Translations under genes and position numbers: made by a program
Notes under the pieces: model-generated
Seen by the model: the letters and a program-made list of their open reading frames with translations, nothing else
Databases searched by the model: none
What the model was told of the DNA's origin: nothing
In this document: piece by piece, positions 1 to 12,582 of the stretch
How the letters are laid out: the number at the start of each line of letters is the position of its first letter
Numbering within the stretch: position 1 is the stretch's first letter
DNA from: Chrysomallon squamiferum
Lineage: Eukaryota > Animalia > Mollusca
Length of the DNA: 64,000 nucleotides
Assembly (NCBI GenBank): GCA_012295275.1
Contig: CM022670.1
Location: 21,204,001-21,268,000, forward strand
Direction of reading: 5' to 3'

Positions 1-960
1 CGTGCGCCGATGACCATATTGCATCGAGTGCATTGAGGTGTGAGAAGCATATTAGAAAACATGCAAATAATAACAGAAGGCGTGTAATATGGCAATATCC
101 ACCAACCGTGAATAGTTATAAGCATTTTCGCATTTTCAGCTAGACTAGGTAGTGGTCCAATAATCGAAATAATTTTTATTTCCCGAATATTCCAATTTTC
201 GGCTTCAATAGTTTAAGTATGATTATTAAAAATAATTTTAGGCCCTGGATCTCGAATATCGGAAGTTTGGGGCGCAAATATTCGACTTTTCAGCTAGACT
301 TGTTCTGTATCTCGATTAATTATTAGAATTCAGGTAATCTTGGTTAATAAAATTCTTAAAATACTTATATTTAGGTTATCGAATAATCGAATTAATTGAC
401 CATTTCAACTGATTAAAATACTAGTTTAAAAAATATATATATATATATATATTTATTTTATTTTATTTCGCAAAATAAGTATTAAATGTCGAATAGGATT
501 ATTATTTTTACTGAGTGGCAATTTTTATGATTATTTGATTTAAATTAAATTTAAATATAAATAAATAAATAAATAAATAAATACACAAATAAATAAATAA
601 ATAAATAAATAAATAAATATTTTCTATTTATAAATCAAAGAGAACTTTTGCAAGTCTAGTGTATGTATCTCCCGATAACGTGATCATTAACGGTTGTCGC
701 GTGCCATTTTTATGATTAAAGGGAATAAGAAAAAAGAAAACTAGTTTTAAAAGATAATAACAAGTAATAAAAAGAGAGAAGAAAAGCTGAATGGGTAATT
801 TTCATGCATTTAATACCATTATTGTTATAATTCTGCGGCATTTTTTTTTTTTTTTTTTTTTTTGACGAACATTTTCGTATAAATAAATAAATAAATAAAA
901 ATATAAATAAAAATGATGATCAAAGGAGCAATTTCAAATCCTTAATATATTGAAATAATA

Positions 961-1021
<61 letters not shown>

Positions 1022-1949
1022 GACCATTTGTTAATCTATAATTATAACTTGAATTTATTTATTTATTTTAGAATTTAAAAAAAAAAAAAAAGAGAAAAAA
1101 AAAAAAAAGAAAGAAAGAAAACAAAGGGGTCTTTTGTCAAGTCTATTATGTAATGACATTAAAAGAGAAAGAAACGCGAAAATGGAAAAAGGAATTTGTA
1201 AATTACAGAAACACCGTTGGCAAGTCTATCACGTATCGGTCACATGACGGTGTTCTGACTTGGAGTGACAGGAAGCGTTGCCCGCGGCGATACGCGAGTG
1301 ACGGAATTGATACGTTTTGTCGATAATCATTCGTTTAAAGAAGAAGTGTATGATGTATGGACAGCTACGATTTCGCTTGAGGGACTACGCCGCACTCGCG
1401 CGCCACGCCGTCTGCAAATCACGTGCTTGGCGCGATTTAGCTGATCAGCTGTCTGTCGATGATTTTGAACAATGTTGACGTTGTGTTAAAAAGCAGAATG
1501 TAAACAGAACATGGATTTGTGAACCAAAGGACTGGTCCGTACGTTGGGTTGTTGTCCGTTTCAAACGATGTCCCATGACAGTTTTATGAACGCGATCGTA
1601 TGTTTTACTGTCGATGGATAGATGTAATAATAATAATAAAAAAAATAAAAAAAAAAAATAAAAAAAAAAAAAAACGTTCTGTTAGTTCATTATTTTATAA
1701 TCGCCGATGAGGTACAAACAACATGTTCCCGTTTTATATCATCATTATTATATAAAATCTACAACTGACATCTGAATCTTAAGTAACCATAAGCACAACT
1801 GTTTAAATTTAGTTTAGAGATGTATTAATGTTTTATTTACTTTTTTTTACTTCTTTTTTTTCAACCTTTTTTTTGTCTCATACTAAATATTAATCAATTT
1901 ACTCGCCTTTAAAACAGCCATATCAATAAACAAAATATTTATTTCACAG

Positions 1950-4900
1950 GATGTTTCAGTCGACGACAATTTCTTGGAGCTTCTGAAGCGCGTACAGACG
2001 AACAGACCTCTCCAGGTGAAGTACGGCGTCCCTCTCCGACACGACGACATCACACGAGGAGGCAGGGATACCATCGTGCTCGACACAGACGATCCGGCAT
2101 CGCTTCTCTTCGAGTACATGAGAAAGAAAAATCTCCGCTTGATCGACCTTCTGAGCAGCCTGGACAAAGACAACAGCTTCTCTCTGGACCGCGAAGAGCT
2201 CCGAACTGGTCTCTTGGTAAGCTGAGTCCGTTGTGTTATTTCCCGTTCAAACCAGAATATCGTCTAATGACTGGCTTTTCAGAGTCGGTGAGATGCCTTT
2301 TTCTATGTCAGTTGGAACAAAGGCGACAGGGGATTAATGTGACAAAGATTGATAATCTCGTCTTTGTTTAACGCAAAACTCGATTATCTATGAAACTGTG
2401 TTTCATTAGATACATTTCGTTTACGTACACAAATTAAATATATTTTATTAGAATACTAATTTCAATATATATGTAATCTTGAGATTATCTAGTTTATATA
2501 TATATATGTATATAAAATAAAAAAATAAGAGAAAATAAAATAACGACACATATTAAATAAATATGTATTAATAATTATAATGCGTAAATAAAATGCCTTT
2601 ACATGCCAGTATATGCAAATAATTAAAGTTCTGTTTGAACATCGTAAAACCCTTTTACATGAAAAACGCGATGACGGGCAGTTTTTAAATTTGTAATTAA
2701 CAGTCAAGATATGGCAAGACAGTGTGACAAACTGACAGTTTGTACGATCGCCTGGCTTCGGTTTTCCTTCGATTCTGCGGTCTACACCGACGTACGTAGG
2801 AATCTTATATCTACGGGCTTCGCGGTTTGAGACGGAGTTCAAATTCCTGTTTGGGAAGCGACCAGCGAGCGGTTGCACACAACAGTAGTTCCGTCTGATG
2901 AAAATGAGTTCACATGAGGTGGTTAATTTGAACCTTTGGTCTTGCTTTAATAAGCATTTGGCAGTGTAATCTGTGTCATTAACTGCGTATTGTTTAATAA
3001 GCATATATATATATACTGACACAGTTCAAAATTTTCCAGTTCGTGTCATAGTTTTCTAAACCACTAGACATAGTAACGAGCACATTAAGTAATTGGAACC
3101 AGTCCAGCCAGTTTCAGTTCTGGTAACATTATAAACTGTAAGAAATGTATAACTGACACAATAAATGTTGACAAAATAATTTTTCATTGATATACTCATT
3201 CCAGTAAGTGATAGTGGAATTTGTTTGAATGAAAAGTTGTTTAAAGAACAGTGAGTTGTAGAAATATAAAATTATAATGTAATCATTTTACATACTTTAG
3301 GATTATTTTTCTTCAAAGAGTAGCTCTAACAGATACAGTGAGACATAATACCCTTAGGTTAAATTAATAAAATTATTTTTTTACATAGAAATGTGAAAGA
3401 AAACTGATATATTGAGTGATATGTGTGACTTACTAACAGTTTATTAAGTTTTATTTGTTCACGTTTATATATAAATATATATAAATGTGGGCTACTTCTG
3501 CGTACAGAACAATAATGTTTTGAAATCGTAATTCCTAATAAACGATTCGCTTTTATGTCGTGAAGGATCGATGTGCATCTAGGGAGGCAGCATAGATAAT
3601 GCTCAACTATTCAAAAGTGTAATCCCATAGTTCGTGTGTATGTATGGATATCCCTTAATGAGAAATCAATGCTATATGCACGCTTGTGTTAGTTTTCCTT
3701 TTATCTACTCGATATTCTTCTCATCACGAGCAGTTTTAGCGATGACCTGACCTTTCTGGGTTGTGGGTTAACGAGGCTGCAGGACGTTCACACTCTAAAT
3801 AAGAATTATGCACGTCTCTTTTTTAACGTGTCCAAAGAGGGCAAAATTGGGCGGCCATGTTTTTCATCGAGAACTGGGAGCACCGAATCTCGGGAGGGAA
3901 TTTACCAAAGGAAAAAGGCGTCAACACGACAAAAGTAATTGTCTTTCGTCTTGATTAGGAAGTTGACATTTTTGTCGATAAGGTTTTATGAAGTGTTGTC
4001 ATTTGAAACGTTCAGTTATTTGACATTTCCGTTTTTGTCACACTTCCTTGTTTGTCTCGTCGCGATGTCGACTGATTTTTCGGTTCACTAAGTTGATGCA
4101 TGATTGAACGGCCGATTAGAATTGTGTGGGTTTTGGTTTGTTTGTTAATTTTTTTGGCTTATTATTATTTTCTTAATCTTTGATTGGTTTTGTCGTTTTC
4201 TCTCTGGTTGACTGGATGGTGTTGTGTTTAAACGGCTGGTTTGGCTGATTTGCTGTGCGTTTCAAACAACTGAGTGGATTGAAAAATGTTTTTCTTTTTT
4301 TCTTTTTTTCTTTTTTTTTAATTAGTATTTTTTAAATATTTTTAGTCGACTGTTTGAGTGATTATTATTAAATAAAAGATAAAAATGGAAACAACAACAC
4401 AAATTATAAATAAATAAAATGAATAAAAGCACTAAAGACGGGAAGAAAAAGCAGAAAAAATCCATCAACATTTGTCAGTTTCTTTTTTTCTTCATTCTTA
4501 CATTTTCTTAATTGTGTACGTTATTACTTTAGCTTTTTGATTTCTAATATCGTTTTGTATCAATTTCTTTTTTACTTTTTGAAATCACTGTTCTTATTTA
4601 ATTTATTCGTTTTCGTCTGTTTTTCTTAATTCATTATTAGATTTTTTCCCTTCTATTCTTTCATCATTATCATCATCATTTGTTTCTTTCGTTCTTAATT
4701 TCTAAATTCTTTCTAATTTTATTCCCTTAGGATTGGATAATTTAACTAGGCGAATTTTTTGTAATACGTCTTCTGAACTGATTGACAAAATAATTATATT
4801 TTCAAGTACAAAAATTACACACTGTAAATGAATTATTAGTATTGACTGCTTATAATGTGTTTCCGTGATATTATTTAATCGGAATTAGGCTGCAGTTATT

Positions 4901-7900
4901 GTCGTGAAAGAGAAAATTGACAGTGAAAATGAGATTTCAAAAATGTAATAATCAGATTCTGTTTCTGAACTTTAATTAGCATCCTGGAATCAAAAGTGAA
5001 TGAATACATTATAACATGCAGTATGTATGATGTGTAAGTATATGCTTATGCAAGCACAATATATGATAGGTGTGTTTGTGTGTGAAAATATGTCTGAGTA
5101 TATGATTGTATGTTTGTTTGTACGTATGTATGAGTGCGTATGTTTGTATCTCTATATGTATATGTGTCACTATATACATGTTTGTATAAGAGTACTAAAG
5201 ATGTTTGAATGTTAGTGTCTACTTATGTAAAATTTTGAACGTATTTTATTGCATATTTTAACTGAAATAAGTAGAAAAACATATTACATCTTTTAACGAC
5301 AAGCAAAACTTGGATTTTGATGCTTAATGTCAAACAAAATTCTTCCATTAAATATTTATCGAGAATCTAAAATTCACTCGAAGAACATTTTCAGAAACAT
5401 TTCTCATATCGCCTTTCCTGTTTTCGTGCAAGCAGCAAATATACAGGTCCTTGAATTCTTCTGAATAATCTGTATTACTTCCGCTCGCTATTCGCTACAA
5501 AGTAACACCATACGCATGTCCATACTTTATTTCCGATGCTACTAATGTCTGTTTTATTCAAAATCATGTTTAAATCAGACGAGGACTGTTACAGGGAATT
5601 AAATGACGTTAACAGAGACTATCAGATGAATGTCTCCCTACTGCAGAGTTGTGTAAATTCTGAAAAGAATATACGAATGCAGGTTTTAGCTGTGTCATTG
5701 ATATGGATGGATGTATAGATAAATAGACAGATAGATAGAGAGTTAGATAGATATATATATATATAGACAGATAGACAGATAGACAGATAGATTGTTAGAT
5801 GATAGATAAAGACAGAGAAAGATAATGAAATAGATAAATGTTAAAGGTAGATGATAGGTAGATAAATAGATGGGTAATAGACAGATAGAAATAAAACTAA
5901 AGAGAAATTAAAGGATAGCAGAGACAAAAAAAACTCAAAGAAGTAAACTAACAAATCTGTGGATAAATCTACAGATAAAATAATACTGAAAAATAGACAA
6001 TTACATGTAGATATTTAAAAATATGCAAATATATAGATATATAATCGAAAAGAAATAAAATATTTGTAGACGGACATAGATTGTATGTTAATAGATTAAT
6101 AGACAGATTAAAAAAAAAAATCGATATAGACTAAAAGATAAATAAAAGAGTATATAGAAATAGATACAAGATGGATAGAAACAAAATATTTGTTCGTAGA
6201 TAAAACACACACACACACACACACACACAGATGGACAGAAAAATAGAGATATACATGGAAAGCATGATTCAGTGGATAGAATCTATATACATACAGAGAG
6301 ATATATACATACACAACATTATTTACGTAAAAGCAAATGAAAAATTGTTTCTTTAAATTGTATCATTATTCATTCGATCGTAACTGTAAGTTATTGCATT
6401 GAGTTACAGTGAAGAAGTGGACAATATAGAAAAATACAAATATTTGTTTATAAAATAATAAAAAATAAAAATTAAAAGAAAATCGGTTTAGCAGAGCGTG
6501 GTTTCGATCCACGGACCTCTGGGTTATGGGCCCAGCACGCTTCCACTGCGCCACTCTGCTTGTTGGTTATCTGTCAGGTTTATTCTATAACATTGGATAC
6601 TTTCCAGTGCTAATGGATGGATAATTATTAAGTTTGTTTTACGGTACTTGAACATAATTTATTGTTAATGATTATAATCTCCAAATCTACAGGCTTAGGT
6701 ACAAATGGATATTTCTAAAATTCTAGGACCTTCTATAATATCAGTATCCCTGAGCATGGGCCTATGACTGTGTGGACATTTGGAAATAGGAAGAATCGGA
6801 TACTGCTATTTTTATGTGTGAAATCCTCTGCCCCGTTTGATTAAAGAGCACGTGTTTCTAAGAAATAAAGCTAATATTGTATTACCTACACCGATTAGCA
6901 GCAAGAGATCTTAGGCGTGATCTTCATCATCTACCGACACATCACTGATACAGATTAATTCTGCGAGCCAACAAAATCTTTGATCAACAAAATAAATTTA
7001 GTTTTGGATGAACTGTTTCTATCTTTACAGTGGCTCATTCGTGTAAGTTGTCATGTGTCATATAAGCATATCAGTGCGTATGTATGTACATGCAGGCTAC
7101 ATTTAAACAATCTGTCACAACAAATATCCACTCTTTTCGATTACTTTCCCGTGTAAATTATAATCAAAATCATCACACCGATATGCCTCGACAATTAGCT
7201 ATCTTTGTTCATCGTGTCAGTTAATAATCAACACGAAGGCCGCATAGCAAATACTGTCAGTAAAATTTCTAATAAGTATTTTAGGCATTATTTTCATTTC
7301 AGCTTTTAATAAAATGTACATCGGTCAGAGAACAATATGTATTGTTTTACACCGCTATAATGAAATACCCGTCGAGACGAACGCGTCAAATTATCATCCG
7401 CGGCTTCGAGAAAACGAGAAAAAATTAATGAATTATTGAGACTGGCCATAAAGCCGCGAGGTGGTGTGAGGTTACACGCTGAGGTTCCATTGTTTTGTGC
7501 TGAAATGAAATTAATTATCTTCGTCTTAGGAAAATGATAATCTCTGCTGTACAAACAGGAGTAATTTAGCTAATCTAGTGACTGAGGATTTTATATACGA
7601 TGGTTTTTTTTTTGTTGTTTTCTATTTTTCTGAGCAGAGAACTAACTATTGAAATCTGGTTATAGAATTAGACACATGAAACAGCGGTTGAAGGATAGTT
7701 TCTTCTCGAGGTTCTGTTTTGACACTTTGCTGTTCAACTAACGCCTTATGAAATATCGAATATGAAGTTGCGTGCAAAAACATAGCTTATAAAATATAAT
7801 TTGTAATAATTATGATTCCATCGAGTTGTGTTTCCATCTCGTGTTGTTATAAAATTATTTTACTGACATCCAGTAACCAGTAACAACATTAAAACGTACT

Positions 7901-8284
7901 GATGTGTCATAAAAATCATTTAAACACTAACTACTAAAGTATAATAATATCTATTTTATAGTATCATTCATTCGTTCATTCATCCATTCATTTAATCATT
8001 CATCTATTTCAGAATCACGATATTCCTCTGAGTTCACGATCTATGGATATAATGATGACTAAGCTTGATAGGAATAAAGACGGATTTGTCGATTACGAGT
8101 AAGTTCATATTACCTCTTACTTCATTTACTTCAAACTGGTAAATCTCTGGCGGCCATGATTTCTTGACCTCTTTTTAAGATCTCGAGTGTGTTTGTGTGA
8201 TTTGTATATATTTGTTTGAATAAAAGTGAGCTGTATTTAAAATAAATAATAATTCTGCGTATATTACAGATATAATCAATATAG

Positions 8285-8324
<40 letters not shown>

Positions 8325-8912
8325 GTGATTTAATAAAATAAAAAACAATAATAAAAAATAAGCTATTTAGCAGAGCGTGGTTTCGATCCACGGACCTCTG
8401 GGTTATGGGCCCAGCACGCTTCCACTGCGCCACTCTGCTTAACGAATGATTTAGTTTTATCAAATTACATAGAATGCATACGACATTGCGTCAGAAAGGC
8501 TGAACGCTTAAATGAGCACGAGTTTTTTTCTTACATACAGCAGTAACATAACGATAAAGTCTGTATAGAAACGATAAAGATGTTTCCTTAAAATAGTGAA
8601 ACTTTCAGTGAATGTATTTAAGAGGAAAAGGTTGTAGGACCGATCTCTTTTTTTCACGTTTTTGCTTTTTCGTTTTTATTTTTAAAATTTTAATTTTTTT
8701 ATTTATATATCATGTATTACACTTCTTGTTTCAGAGAGCTGGCTACTGCATTGAAAGAGTATACTCGACGACTCACGAAACGTCAAAAGAAGCTTGGAAA
8801 GAAATCTAAACCATTAATAGATCAGCTGGAAAATCTGAGACAAAAAATCCGGTTACGTTTAGAAAACAGCGAGTCACATCCGCCGGAAATTGAGAAACAA
8901 TGGCGTATTTAG
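1950..8912 (+). CDS. LRRC74-like leucine-rich-repeat/EF-hand protein, paralog A; last three coding exons only (1950-2216, 8013-8098, 8735-8912); upstream exons lie outside the window
   Basis: The exons have AG/GT boundaries and consistent phases (0, 0, 2). Joined translation: DVSVDDNFLELLKRV...DPASLLFEYMRKKNLRLIDLLSSLDKDNSFSLDREELRTGLL|NHDIPLSSRSMDIMMTKLDRNKDGFVDYE|ELATALKEY...QWRI*. It contains two EF-hand-like loops and aligns exon for exon with the C-terminus of the LRR gene at 17876-32474. Confidence 0.85.
6489..6560 (-). tRNA. Initiator tRNA-Met (anticodon CAT)
   Basis: Reverse complement AGCAGAGTGGCGCAGTGGAAGCGTGCTGGGCCCATAACCCAGAGGTCCGTGGATCGAAACCACGCTCTGCTA, 72 nt. It has the A1:U72 pair, three G-C pairs at the base of the anticodon stem and a GATCG T-loop, all eukaryotic initiator hallmarks. 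A T-run terminator follows. Confidence 0.97.
8368..8439 (-). tRNA. Initiator tRNA-Met (anticodon CAT), second identical copy
   Basis: The 72-nt sequence is identical to 6489-6560 and is followed by TTATTTTTT on the minus strand. It lies in the last intron of paralog A. Confidence 0.97.
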
Positions 8913-8929
8913 TATCAGCTGATACGGTG

Positions 8930-9079
8930 GTTTTTTATCGTCACAGAACTATTCCAAATAGTTTGTGACGTCATACTTTTATTTACAGTCGTTTATGACG
9001 TCCTAATACTGTTCACTGTTGTTTGTGACGTCATAATGTTATCTTTAGTGGTTAGTGACATCATACTTTATCCACTAGT
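8930..9079. repeat. Degenerate 30-bp tandem repeat (about 5 copies) just after the stop codon of paralog A, core gtttgtgacgtcata
   Basis: Units such as agtttgtgacgtcatacttttatttacagt, cgtttatgacgtcctaatactgttcactgt and tgtttgtgacgtcataatgttatctttagt occur at 30-bp spacing. Confidence 0.7.
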
Positions 9080-10144
9080 AATAAGTGCCCTGGACTTCAC
9101 AGACTTAAATAAGAAGTTTATGGTTTAGATAAAAACAAGAAGAAAACAAGCAACAACAAAGAAATAAAACATGAATCATCAATTTAAAAAAAAAAAAAAA
9201 AAGAAAAAAAAAAACATCATTGGTGTTATGACGAAAAAGTAACAGATATCTCTGATCAAATGATATTAATTACATAATAAAAGAAGTAAATTAACTACAG
9301 CCATAAAATATTACTGGTCAAAAAAACTAGTGTAATATCTTCGAACCAGTAAATGTACAAAACATTAATATGATGTTTGAGGTTTGATCACGAAAGTAAA
9401 ACTTGTTATTAATACTACTGCTAAAAGCAATTTTTATGTACTTTCGGCAGATAATTGTTCTGGTATGCTTGACGTGAGCACATCTTTCATCTCCGGAACC
9501 AGCATATTCCAACTGAAGATAACTGGAGTGTAATCTATATTGTTATTTACTGGAAATTTAACATTCTGAATAATGATGGTATCCGTACAAAGACAGCGTT
9601 TAATCCAGTATAATTATTTTTCTTACAACACAGAATTTCATAAAATAGAAGGCGAAAGTTATCAAGACTTGTTACTCGGACCAGCCATGATCGCAGTCAT
9701 ATACATCATGCTGTATCTATTGTTTTATAGTTACTGAAATATAATGACAGTGTATGGTATCTTCAATTATAATAGACTGCTGTGCACAAAATCATCATAC
9801 TCTTCTGAGTGCACAACGCCGGGAACCTTTACTGACTGAAAAAAAAGACGTAAAAGGAGAAGTAGTCTGGACATGCATCACTGTGCAGCCAGAAGAAACA
9901 CGATTTCTTTATATATTGCTAATGTAGTGCGTGCGAGTTACACCTATGTGATTACGTATGCGTGCTGTGCGCGTGTGTATGTGTGTGTGTGCGTTCAAGT
10001 GTGTGTGCTTGATTTTAAACAATGTTGATAATTACATCTTCCATAATTGTAAATAATGAATTGTTAATTTCCCATAAACAATTATTAGTGCAGTCATTTT
10101 TGAAATTTCATTATTAATTACTGTTTGTATCTCTGAGTTTTTAA

Positions 10145-10182
<38 letters not shown>

Positions 10183-10685
10183 TCTCTGTGTGTGTATGTG
10201 TAAATTTAGATTTACTGTAATTTTCAGATCTAATAGTAATTAAAATGACACCAAAAATTAAATTACCATTATAAACGTAGTACAGTATTTCGCATAATAG
10301 TTTTGGGAATTACGTTAAACTATAATTTCTTGACTAAATGTGTCGCTGTAGTGGTGCTATCATTAATATTATAGCCTAAGTACATTCCATGTACAACCAC
10401 ACGATTGTTTATAGACATTACTACTAATAAAATATAAAACTATGAAAATACTACTACTAGCATTACTACTATAGTTACTTCTACTACAATGGCTGTAACT
10501 GCTACAACATGCACTACAGCTTCCACTACTACTATTGCTGGCGACGCTTTCACTACGATTGTATCTATTTCTGCTAATAGTCATGCAACTCCTGCTACTT
10601 CAATAGTACTAAACTACTAATAAATAATAATAAAACTATTACCATACCAACTAATATTAAAACTATTACAACAAAAACAATAACC

Positions 10686-10743
<58 letters not shown>

Positions 10744-12145
10744 TGGATAGACTGAAAGATACAATAATTATAGTAATGTTTACTTACCTTCATCTCAACT
10801 TGCAAATGCACAACAGTTATTTAGGCTACAATAATATAAATAGCACCACACATTAAAATTTTCATTAAAACAATTACAATTTAGTTTTTAGCAATATCGA
10901 TATTTCCTGTTTCCTTATGAATAAAGGTTGTGAAATTTATTTTAAGAGAAAAATTTGAATAATGGCGTCTGTTGTCGCCCCGACTTTCATTTCATCTTCT
11001 TAATAAATCGGTTGTGAATAAATCGGAACAAAAATAAACAAACAAACAAACCGTTATAGCCATCTACGTTTTTAATTTGGAACTATGCAAAGCGTATTTT
11101 GGTGTATATATATTTTCCATTTCCAAATAAACTGATTTATTAACAGTGAAGCTTAATGAAACTGAAATGATTAATATTTGATTGTCATTTAATATGCTTT
11201 CGTTATGCACCAGTTTTCGATCATATCTTTCATTTCTTAAACATAATAGTATGTATTATGCATTCCTTTATACATTAAATACATTTTATAACGAGTAATT
11301 ATAGATTTCAAAAGTTTGTTAATAATTCATAAATGTCACATTCCGCCATGTTTCTTCTACAGGTGAATCTATTTTCTGAATGTTCGCATGATTTCAGAAA
11401 TTACTTTGTAATCTTTTGTATATATTTGTTTTCTACAAAAATAAAGAATACAAAAAAAAAAAAAAAAATAAAAAAAAATTAAAAACAAAAAAAATGTTTC
11501 ATGGATTTCAAGAATTAATAAAAAAAAAAAATTAAATCTTCTTTGTTTGACTTTTTGTAGCTATAATTATTATCTTTGGCGTTTTTAATGTTGTTTAATT
11601 AGGAAGTTATTTACTTAGATTATCTTCATCGTGTCGTCTTGGAGATTAACAATGGAATTTATCCACGAAAACAATAATGAATGTGAAACAAATTCCTTAA
11701 TAAGAAACTAACAAAAAAAAAAAGATCACTCTTCCCTTATTTTTGTTTTTTTAATATCTGTCTAACAAAAATAATCACTCTTCTCTTTGTTTCTTTTTTT
11801 TTTTTAATATCTGACTTTCTCCTTGTCTTCCTGTTTTCATTTATTTTCTTCGTTTTTTTCTTTGTCTCTTATATGGCACTAAGAGGAACAGGCTGTTTAC
11901 TTCCGAGATTCTGAGTTACTTTTAGTTATTTTTACAACTGACTGATTTATAATACTTCTGCATCTAAAGAAAAAAGAAAAAAAAAAGATATGAAGGTGTC
12001 AGGTCCAGACTCTGGAGAAGGAGAAAGGATAAGAAAGTGATAAAGTGGTAATGATTCACAGGAATTCAGAAATAGAGATAAAAAAAAAAGGAAGAAAAAA
12101 TGAAAGACAGAAAGATAGAAAAATAGCTAGATTAAAAACAATAGA

Positions 12146-12201
<56 letters not shown>

Positions 12202-12510
12202 CATACTGACAAAAAGAGAAAATAAGAATATATATATTGACAAATAGATAGATAGATAGGTCATAATATATATATATATATATATATATATTTACTGACA
12301 AATAGATAGATAAATAGATAGACAGACTGACAGAGAGATCTAAACATACCACCAGATAAACTTATATTATGAAAATACAAAAGATACACATCTCGTACAT
12401 ATATGGACTTATATTTCATCTATGACTGTCAGCTACAAAATTATATACAGTCTCAAAATAGTCTCCTAATTGTGATATAATCCCGTTCCTTATAACATAA
12501 TACACAACCA

Positions 12511-12582
12511 AGCAGAATAGCGCTGTGAATACGTGCCGAGGCCATAACCCAGATGTTCGTGGATCGAAACCATGTTCTGCTA
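12511..12582 (+). pseudogene. Degenerate initiator tRNA-Met copy (probable tRNA pseudogene)
   Basis: AGCAGAATAGCGCTGTGAATACGTGCCGAGGCCATAACCCAGATGTTCGTGGATCGAAACCATGTTCTGCTA is colinear with the two intact copies. The CAT anticodon and B-box are kept, but the D-loop GG is lost and the anticodon stem has two mismatches. Confidence 0.85.

Noticed and set aside
2489-3022. 177-aa minus-strand ORF with a GC-richer core
   Set aside because: No recognisable motif, low-complexity ends and no supporting splice structure; probably a repeat fragment.
6366-6554. Duplicated ORF MAQWKRAGPITQRSVDRNHALL (also at 8131-8463)
   Set aside because: It is the conceptual translation of the tRNA-iMet gene, not a protein.
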